64,000 nucleotides of DNA, taken from contig NC_134469.1 of NCBI RefSeq assembly GCF_964194025.1, positions 52,886,001 through 52,950,000 of the forward strand. The letters run 5' to 3'. The translations under genes and the position numbers were made by a program. The notes beneath the pieces were generated by a model. It made no database searches. It worked only from the letters and a program-made list of their open reading frames with translations, and had not been told where the DNA came from. This DNA comes from Convolutriloba macropyga (lineage: Eukaryota). Positions 51,720-61,349 of the stretch are shown here, in pieces. Positions within the stretch are counted from its first letter, which is position 1. The number at the start of each line of letters is the position of its first letter.

Positions 51720-54700
51720 CTGTTTTTTCGAGGAGTTATCGAGGATTGATGTTTTGTGTGAACACGCGATATTTAGCATGATTTTGTTCACTTTTAATGT
51801 AATTTTTCTTCAAATTAAGATATTTTTTATTAAATTATTAATTCGAAATTACGTTTCACGCCATAAAATGAAACTATTTTGAGTTCCTAATACACGAAAG
51901 GCGAAAAAAAGCTAGTTCTGGTCTCATAGGGAAGTTTACTATAAAAAAAATTCGAATTCTTTTTGCGAGCTTTTTCAAAAAAAAAGTTTTCATATTTTTC
52001 TTGGGTCAACTAGAGACTAGTCTTTTTTTCATATCTGGGTTCCATTAAAAAAAACCTGATTTACAGTCAAATAAAGCCCAATGAACAAAACAAATCATTT
52101 TCAAGGAATCGCTCGTGTTTTTTGGCTTCGACTCGTAATTTTAAATGTAATTTTAATTTTATTAATGAAGTTTTACTTTTTGGAGTCCTATGACATGGTC
52201 TTGTTGACTAACAGTGCAATAGGTTTCGTAATACCCATTAAGTGATCCTATCTAGAGCGTTCAGTGGACAGCTAATGGCTATTAAAACTTTCAAAAAGAT
52301 TTTTCGAGAACTTTCGAGATCATTAACCGATAATAAACCTATTTTCGTAAATTCTAAATTGGTTTCATTAATGATAGAACCCCTATCCTACTGCAATCAA
52401 AATAATTCTGGTTAGCGCTTTCATCTTCCAAATATTTGATATATGACTTCGATGCCACACATTTTCAAAAAAAAATTGAAAATTTTTTTTGGATATATTC
52501 CTATTGGTGGTTCCTCATGAAATCTTATCACTTTATCCTGATATTGACATCTCCCATTGGCTTGGAGAAGATTTTCAGAGGATCATGGATAAGGTTTTCA
52601 AGGACATGGTTTAAACTTATGGTTTAAATGGCTTCGACACTTTCCTCTCTCACATTTACTGATTTTTGGTTTTCGCCTGTATTTGTTGTTTTTTCTATAG
52701 TCAAAAGACTTATTGTGATGTCTTATTTATAACCTATAAATGTCAAATATCCTTGTCCTATAATTGAGGCATACTCTCCAATTGAAAGTATTCAATGACA
52801 TCCGTTGAAAGCTATTGAAATTAATGGCTGTTAAGACTTAAAAAACAATTTTTTGATTTTTTTTTAAATTAATCAATCTTAAACTTATTTTTGTGACCTG
52901 TTAGTCAGTCTCAGTATTGATCGGACCCCCTTCTTTTCTATTTCAACCAAATTAATTTGGTTAGCGGTTTTATCTGCTAAATATTGGTGTTATAACTTCG
53001 ATGAACGAGTTTTCATAATTTTTTTTAATTTGTGGATATCGTTTTCGTAATTTTTTTGGTTCCTTTTGGATTTTTAACACATTATTCTTTCATTGGTAGT
53101 CGCATTGGCTTGAGTTGACGTACAATAGATCACACATAAGTTTTCAAAAAAACTTATGGTTTAAATGGCTTCGACACTTTCTCGCACTTTTCTACTTAAT
53201 TTTTGGATTTTGCCTGTATTTATTGTTATTTTCATGGTCAAGGACCTTTTTTCATGGTCAAGGACCTTCGACACTTTCTCGCACTTTTCTACTTAATTTT
53301 TGGATTTTGCCTGTATTTATTGTTATTTTCATGGTCAAGGACCTATTGTAATGTCCTATTGATGACTTATGAATGAAAAACATCCTTGTTGTCTCATCGA
53401 GGCGTGATTTTGCTTATTCATTAGCTTCCGTTGAAAGCTATTGAACTAAAAGGCGTTGATGCTACGTGTTTTCTCAAAAATTTCGTGGTTTTAATGTATT
53501 TGTTCATGTTTGTGGATTATTGGAGTCAAATTGTTATAAAGAAAAATCTCATTTCTGTTAAAAAATTAATTGGAATTAGAAAAGCCGCAAAAGGTAGCCG
53601 TAAAATGTTGACCGGCCCACAAGCCTGTAATTGAGGATTGAATGAATGATGTAATCCGAAGCAGTCAGTTTATTGCGAATAGTCAAAGTTTACGGTATTA
53701 TACATGTACACTTTTAAAGATTTTTCAATTTTTTCAAATTTTGTTGCCCTTTTTGTCAATTTGTAACTTATTCTTATCATTGAGAGATCCCATTCAATTC
53801 CATGTATTTTAAAAATTAACATGCTTAATAATATTATGACGTAACTGATGTTTTGTTTGTCCGACAAAATGCATTTTTATAAAAAGTTAAGTGCATTTTT
53901 ATAAAAAGTTAAGTGATTGGTATATTTTTGTTTCTTTTTGTCTTCCTTTAGCACAATCTCGTAGTAAGAGATCCCAATGATTATCAAATGTTGCAATGTT
54001 GCTCAATTGAACTTATTTTTTAATTCAAGATAACTTTAACTGAAGTAGTATAAATAGAAGTTGAAATAAAAACAAAGCATTCAGATAATAGCTAATAGAT
54101 AATAATTTTAATGGCTTCACTAATTTGTGTTATCGCAATGTTTGTAATTTGTTGTTCGTATTTTTTGAGTTTTTTGCATCTTTAGTCCGTTCCTGTGGCT
54201 TAGTATAACCAGAGACAGTTCTTATTGGTTTCATGACTTTTTAGTAAACTTATCAAGAGTTATTTCGTTAGAAGCCAAGACTTTTGAAATTATGGTTTGA
54301 AAATGATGAGTGATTTTTGAATTTCGCTGATTATTTCTCTTTTTTGTCAACTTTTTACCTCGCCTCATTAAAGAAAAATCCCATCTGATGTGTAGTTAGA
54401 AAAAAGTAAATAAGTGTTGTTAGGGTTTTGTCTGATTGTAATTTGACGTTGTTACTAGGTGCTTTTAAATTAAGCTATTGAGTTTGACGTACCAAGAAAT
54501 TTTGTTTTTGCATTTTTGGTTTTGTTTTTTTCTCGTAATCTGTTCAATGGCAGATCCCGTTACAATGAGGCATGGCTTTATTTAGTTCAGTTATTATTTG
54601 GTTATGTAACGAGTTTTTTAACCTCAAACATCTATTCTTTGCAAAAATGTAAGTCAAAAGACAGATAAGTCAAAAATGTAGATGAAGGCGGGTCGGAACA

Positions 54701-54735
54701 TCATGTGCAAACGCACATTAACGAGTCTCCTTGTT
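51720..54735 (+). mobile_element. HINE/DINE-1-like element, copy E (5'-truncated, inverted relative to D)
   Basis: 3' GGGTCGGAACATCATGTGCAAACGCACATTAACGAGTCTCCTTGTT. 51722-51940 is reverse-similar to 49640-49860. Internal ~97-bp tandem duplication at 53169-53345. Confidence 0.65.
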
Positions 54736-55214
54736 GAAACTATTCTTTTACTACATTTTATCAGTGGATGAAAAAATCATAAAACCTGGTACTGGATAAA
54801 GTTTAAGTGCTATAAGGGACTTAATTCGATAGCAAACCCTCCTCGTCTGTATATGTCTGTCTCACTGCAGGGAAATCGGATGGTGATATGAGTCGATGAG
54901 GTCAGATGACGTACTTGATAAAGAGACGAGATAGTTGCAAGTCGGAAGGTCAAGTTCATCTATAGAACTCAGTTACCACTAGACCTTGTTAACATTTATG
55001 ATTTTAGATAGTTAGATTATAAGGGATTAGAAGACCGGATATCATAAGTTCACTCGGAGCAAAATCTGCCACTATGTATTTCAACTATATTTTCATCTGC
55101 ATACCGCATACACTCGTTATAAGGCATTTTTCGATGCAAAAATTTACCTTTATATAACTTTTTCCTTCAATAAACAGTTATTTTATAGATAATTTAATAA
55201 AAAGTACAACTTAT

Positions 55215-55400
55215 CTCTGTTAGAGGGTTACTTGTCATGTCCGGCAGAACTTTCAGCTCTTTGATGGACAAGCTTCCCGAGTTGTCAGAGTCCAGCTTTC
55301 TGAATCTCAACTTGAGCCGTCGGATTTCTTCATTAGTAAAGGTTTGACTAACATTTTTGGGCATGCTAACACGACTTTTCGCTCTTTCATTTTTTGACAT
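55215..55400 (-). CDS. PPP3R1: Calcineurin subunit B-like, exon 1 (EF1); spliced protein 177 aa
   Basis: FTNEEIRRLKLRFRKLDSDNSGSLSIKELKVLPDMTSNPLTE matches CnB [42 protein letters not shown]. Orthologue versus paralogue status is not resolved. Confidence 0.9.
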
Positions 55401-56482
55401 ATTGAGGCTAAATTTAGCAGGCTAAATTGAGAGAAGTAAACGTAAATTGCTTTGCTTTACTGAACCTGAAAAGAAATCATATCACAGCTATAGAAATCTT
55501 TAATCACTTCCTGTTTCAAATTATAAGCATGAAATATGATTTTGAAGAGCCGCGCTCGTAATTGCACTGAAAAAGAGACAAAAGCATTGGCGCGTTCTAA
55601 TCTCAAAAACACAGTAAATTAAGCAAAAAACAGGCATATCTCTAACTACAACACAAAAAGCAACATAAGGATGCTTCCTTTAGTTCGCTTTCCTCTCCAG
55701 AAGAACGGTAAATACAGACTCGCCACTTTAACGTCAGTCATTAAATTAAATTGACATCTCACCACTTGTAAATTTGCACATCAATTAACAAAACAAATTT
55801 GCACGTTTTTCTTAAGCTAAATTAAAGAGCCGTATTTAGTGAGGCTTTTACAAAGTGATAATCCCAAACTGTCCCAAATTTGGAACATAAGGTACATTAA
55901 CAGAATTAATCGATTAATTTAGTTTGGCATCATTATATATAACAACAGCGTCAGCTTACCTAAAAAACAAGCTCCGAGAAATTAATATGCAAAAATTTTT
56001 ACAAAGAAAGCACAACATAAATAAACACCGATCAAGCAATTACCTTTGAATTAATGATACAGGCTGGTTGAAATAGCGCGAAAACCTAAACCTACATAAC
56101 AACATATATTGTACATAACTCTGTTGTTGCGCCATAGAGCCTACCGGAAAAACCAAACACGTCTAAGAGTTTTGGCGTGTTCTGCATACCAGTGGCCATC
56201 GACATGTTCACGGCGACAATGTGCAAAATTGACGAATTAGTGAATTGGAAAAAGTTAGTATTACAAGTGTTGTAATATCAATATTGCAAAGGACCAACCA
56301 TTTGTGTATTTTATCCACTGATTGACATGCTAGCAATTCTAATGTAGTTGAAAACTGCAAACATGTGTTGTTGGAATTTTAAGTCCATTTTTAATCATTC
56401 AACCGAAAAGTAGTTTGCGTTTTCCAATTTAGTTAATAAGCACAAGTTAATAATTTTCCATTAAGTCTATCCTTCTAAAACG
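55401..56482. promoter_or_regulatory. Putative bidirectional promoter region (calcineurin B / SLC10)
   Basis: Divergent start codons 1.08 kb apart, with no recognisable TE in between. Inferred from gene arrangement only. Confidence 0.45.
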
Positions 56483-56792
56483 ATGCAAACAGTGTTGAGA
56501 AACTCTTCGTCAGCATGGTGCATTCTTTTGATACCACTCTTCAAGTTATTGGTGAGAGTTTCAGCTACTAACGACCCGTCAGGTCTTCAATTTACTTATT
56601 TAGTGCCAGAAAACACCTCCAGACCCTCTGCCATTAAGGAAGATGAAACAGTGCAATTTAGTGTTAGCCGGTCTCCCGGTGGATTATCAAGCGAAGTAAG
56701 ATGCTCCCAACAGAATGGCAAGGTGGTGAGGATGGAGAAGCTTTCACAGTCGAGAGAGGGCGCTCGTTTTCAAGTGACAGGGCGAAAACTAG
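56483..56792 (+). CDS. SLC10 (sodium/bile-acid symporter family, P3-like) exon 1: signal peptide and extracellular domain
   Basis: Hydrophobic N-terminus; ends FQVTGRKL-G with phase-1 donor CTAG|GTATGA, which matches the phase of the next exon. Confidence 0.75.
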
Positions 56793-57540
56793 GTATGAGA
56801 AGTTTTAAACTAACCCCCTTTTTTGCATCTAGATTATCAAAATTACAGGAGTTTTACTCATCAATAGCCAATGAGTATTGATACTGAAAGATGCTCTTTT
56901 ATATGATGCAATCCCATTGAAAAGGGTCAGCACTATAAAGCTAACTATCGCACTTCATTCAGAAATGCTTTCAAAGGTAAGTAACACCGACACATGAACA
57001 ATTAGAGACATACGCTGTCTAATGATACTGTCTCGTTGACATTAACGCCTTGTAGACATTAATGAAAAAAAAACAAACTTCTCCCAAAAATGCACTTGCG
57101 TTAGATCAACAAGAAAAAGCAATGAAGCAGAGTCATTTACAAAATCACAACTATAATTATCTAATCCAATGAGCGCAAGCGCGTGTTTTAACTGAGTATG
57201 CTGAAAAAATTATTTCGAAATAATTGTTGCAGAGGCGAGGAAATTAAAAACAATGCAGAACAAAAATACTAGCCGATCAATTTCTAGTGCGTAATACAGA
57301 AGGTTGTGTTCATGTCAGCCTTGCCGTTTATGCTAAACCTTCGCGTATCTGGACAACGGAATAGCAAAAACACGAAAACGACTCACAGGAATTCTGTGGT
57401 CTAAAGAGGTTTCACAAACACAAACAGCAGTTGTTAATGATGAAATGTAAACAAACTATTTAGTTGCACGAGAATGAATATCGTAAGAACCTACACATAA
57501 ACCGTTAACTTATAGCAACAGATCCAACAAAATTGAGATA

Positions 57541-57673
57541 TCCCTAGTGATCGAAGAATTCAAAATCTTGCTAGAATCTTGCAAGCAATCTTGGAAGGGA
57601 ATGCATACTACTTGCAAGCTTCTTGCAAGTTTTGAATCATCTTGCAAGATTGGAATCCGCTCATCACTAGGGA
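57541..57673. mobile_element. MITE (133 bp) with TA TSD
   Basis: Perfect TIR TCCCTAGTGAT/ATCACTAGGGA flanked by TA; internal CTTGCAAG palindromic repeats. Confidence 0.85.
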
Positions 57674-58561
57674 TACTAAATCTGCAAAGCCATCATCGGC
57701 TTTTCAGAAAATTTTCGTTATCTTTGACTTAAACTGTTTAAATTAGCAGCCAGCCGAAATTCGTTTTTCACAAAGTTAGGCTGACAGAAATAGAATTTCA
57801 GCAAAGTTTTTTCACTGCTGATCCAAACGAAATCTGTAATCGGATAACAGTGAGCTCTGATGATATCAAATAACGTATCAGCCTCCAGTACGTATTCTTT
57901 CCAAGAAACCACTTACGGCAGAACGACCGGAAACACAGATTTTAGCTTCATATATGATGTCAGAACAAAAATTAAAGCTTGTGTTCTTAAGCGAATAAAT
58001 TTACAGTGAAAATCGGGAAACATAAACCTGTCACCTAATTTCTGGAAAAAAAACTATTCAACATCATCAGAACAGATTTGTGAACAGAACAAAATTGTTA
58101 AGAGCGACTAAGCCAAAAATCAAGCAAGAACTTATTAAGATGAAGACCTCAATAGACCTCAAGAAAACACCATAGGCAACTACAAAGCTCAGCAATTTAT
58201 TTAAAATAAAAGGTTTTTTTAAAAGCTCCAAAAGTTATGTTGATATGAAATTTAAACTGGAGAAGTTTAGAGCAGAACTCATCCAAAAAATGCAACATAA
58301 AAATAGGCCTTGATAAACAATGTATTTTTGCAATTAAATGACCGTGAAAGCTTTCGCGGAGATTATCAAGATAAATAAATTAATGGTGTCAAGGGCTTAT
58401 TTCAATCCCCTCATTCACACGTGATATTCTTTGAATAGTTGCTTTAACTTAGTTCTTAATTAATTAGCGTCAAGGTCATATTTGATTCTTATTTCCTAGT
58501 ACCACAACAGTCCCTATTTTGATTATGTTTGCCAATAACAGTCGGATGACAACATAACTAT

Positions 58562-59049
58562 TGTATACGTAGGAACTTAGTATATCAAGTATACATAGTA
58601 AGTACTTAAACTGTTCGAAGATTTACCTTATAAAACTCTTCTTGAAGCTAAACTTGTATAATTGGTTAATGTTGTCAAGAATTAAAGCACTAGTTGAATT
58701 TATTATACTGATAGAGAAGTTGTCAATATTCGTATGTATTTAAAGAACACCAAGAAACGTGTAAGCCGGATATGGACTCGCTAGAGATGAAAATTTACGA
58801 TGGAGTATTACACCCCGAGTTACAGATCTACGGAACTAGTGAAGAGCAGAACACCAGAGAACCGAACCATCGTAGAATTCAATTGATAAAACTCTCTCTA
58901 GCACTTGAAACTTTCTTTTCCTTTGGAACTCTTGAAAATTTTGGAACTCTCCTTGGAAACCTCTAAACTAAACAGTGCGTAACAACCAAATAAAAGACAA
59001 CTTCTTATAACAAAACGGTGATTTCAAGCAAACCGAATGAATCATTACA
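58562..59049 (+). mobile_element. Probable solo LTR (488 bp)
   Basis: TGTA...TACA termini; flanks ACTAT/ACTAG (5-bp TSD, one mismatch); AATAAA about 60 bp from the 3' end. Confidence 0.55.
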
Positions 59050-60129
59050 ACTAGAATAAAAAAAGCAAGATAAAGGTGCAGGGCAAGGATATATTTTTTG
59101 CTAATTCATTAACATTGGTCATCAACACGAGAAGTCAAAAGTACTGGTGCAATGGTCGCTGAAAAACTTCAAATGTTAAAGAAGATGGGACATTAAGAAA
59201 AGACCGTAATCAATTACACAAAAAAATGCCCAAATTAGCATGTATCTTCATTTCAGGTCCACTCATAAGTTTAAGTTAGTCTTGCAAAAAACGCAAAAAA
59301 AAGATATGAAGCTGGGCCGACCAACAGGACGACGAATTAAACCGACGTCAGTGTACTTCCTTTCAACTGGACGACAAAAGCATACACTCTCTTTGTACAT
59401 TCCCCTCCTAACATTGTTAATTCCCTGGTAATGTAGCCTCAGGTTTCCACACTGACTAGAACTAATTAAAAAAAATCAAGGACACGTAACTTGAAAAATT
59501 CAGGATCCTTATCCACGGCGAAGCCTGTCACGCGCTGTGGGATGAAATCCGCACGCCAACCGGCCTGTCAACTAGGAATACATCAGCTTACATTGACATT
59601 TTGCATGCATTAATTTTGAAGATAGTCCAGTTGAAAAGCCCCCATAAAACGAATACTAATTTTCAGTTGACAGAAACAAGTAAGAGACCAAAAATTAGCC
59701 TCATAAAACACATCACCGCTCTCAATAAAGATTTTAAAAAAGCTGAAGAAAAAAATTGTGAAACAATTAAATGAAATTCTTAATTTTGATAAGTTTGCCT
59801 CACTAAGATAACGACAATTATTAAAGTTTCACACTTTCAAAAAATTACAAATTGAATTAGAAAAAAGCTAATGACAGCTGAATATCAGACAATTTTTTTT
59901 CAAGATAATTTTCCTCAAAACTGATTAAGACAAAAAAATTTTCGGCATCTAGTTTGTACATCGTTTCCAGAAAACGGATTCTAGAGATACATTACTTAAA
60001 ATTTTATGAAAGGTCGGGGCCCAACGAAATCAAAACAGAAACGTCGAAATTGTTTTAACCGGATTATTTCAAAATACCTCATGATATTGGGATGAAATAT
60101 ATCCAGGTTGCAATTCTATTTTTTAACAG

Positions 60130-60368
60130 GTGTTGAAACTCTGACATGCAGCGAACAGGACGAAATCGATGCCGTCGAGGTGTTAATTGAAGTGCTGCGG
60201 AAGACTAACAAAATAGACACATTCTTCGTGCCTTATGTCTTTACCATGGTCTGTCTGTTCAACTTGGCGTTTGGCACAGAGATAGAAGTAGGCGACTTGA
60301 GATTTATTATCAGCAAGCCTTTCATATTGGCCACTGCAGCCTTTTGCCAGTTCATCCTGTTACCTCCG
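60130..60368 (+). CDS. SLC10 family transporter exon 2 (first TM helices); gene continues beyond the window
   Basis: Acceptor TTTTTTAACAG|GT, donor CCG|GTAAGA. EVLRKTNKIDTFF...LAFGTEI...IISKPFILATAAFCQFILLPP resembles SLC10 G(C)x(L/V)...(R/K)P...CQF..MP. Confidence 0.8.
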
Positions 60369-60426
60369 GTAAGAACTTCGAAGTCATGAAAAACACTAAC
60401 TATTAATTAAACCATTAACTATACAA

Positions 60427-60774
60427 ATTTATGCCTCATTAGAAACCGATGACGATTGTCAATGTTGGGACCAAAACGATAAGAAAGTCATGAAAAACAA
60501 TAACTCTGAACTCAAACCATTAACTACTGCCTCATTAGCAAAGATGCGAACTGTAATTCAAGAAATTAAGAAATAACACAAAAACTTGCAGACTAAAAAC
60601 ATTTATGCCTCATTAGAAACCGATGACGATTGTCAATGTTGGGACCAAAACGATAAGAAAGTCATGAAAAACAATAACTCTGAACTCAAACCATTAACTA
60701 CTGCCTCATTAGCAAAGATGCGAACTGTAATTCAAGAAATTAAGAAATAACACAAAAACTTGCAGACTAAAAAC
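60427..60774. repeat. Perfect 174-bp tandem duplication
   Basis: Identical copies start at 60427 and 60601. Confidence 0.95.
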
Positions 60775-61349
60775 ATCACTGATAATTGGTGCAAACAAGG
60801 TGTGAAAAAGTAGTTAAAACCTTTATTAATTGAAAAATTACATAGCTTATATTACGTTTCATTTGAGAGCCAATGTAAGCAGTAATTAATGAGACTAAGA
60901 AACAAAAATAAAAACTCACTGAAATTGTTTTTAAAAGAAACAGTGTCCAATTCATACAAACCATTAACTGTGCTTTGATGAATTCAAAACACAAAATTGG
61001 GTACTATTAGAGCACACGAATGACCTATTATGACAATGCTGAATTTTGATTTGTTGAAAATGACTTTTGTGAATCTATACAGCACGAATTTATTATCTTG
61101 AAATTCAATCAGACTATTCTGCTCACTACAGTTCAGTTGGTTACTTGAATAATTGAAAAACTTTTAGAAGAAAAAGAGCGTTTTACCGGAACCGCGCTCC
61201 GAATAGCACTAAGCAAAAACCCGCAAACAGAAGCCGTTATTAGAAAGGAAATTGCAACGATAACTCAGTCTTCATACAATATAGAACTTGGCACTAGTAC
61301 CTACATTGCAGCTTCTAAAAGATAAAAACTAAGCAAAAAAGCTATCATA

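Larger units (their letters stand above)
42625..55214 (-). other. Calcineurin B intron 1, 12,590 nt, inferred U2-type AT-AC
   Basis: GAG|ATAAGT...GGTTGTAC|AGA ATC gives NPLTE-RIIDI, colinear with conserved NPLVQRVIDI. No GT-AG pair near the junction gives an in-frame product. Confidence 0.7.

Noticed and set aside
42625-55214. U12-type (minor spliceosome) classification of the AT-AC intron
   Set aside because: It lacks the ATATCCTT donor and the TCCTTAAC branch consensus.
55140-55235. Canonical donors near CnB exon 1 (ACAA|GTAACC; AAAG|GTAAAT at ~55147)
   Set aside because: The first removes conserved NPL and is out of phase with exon 2. The second lies beyond the in-frame stop at 55194.
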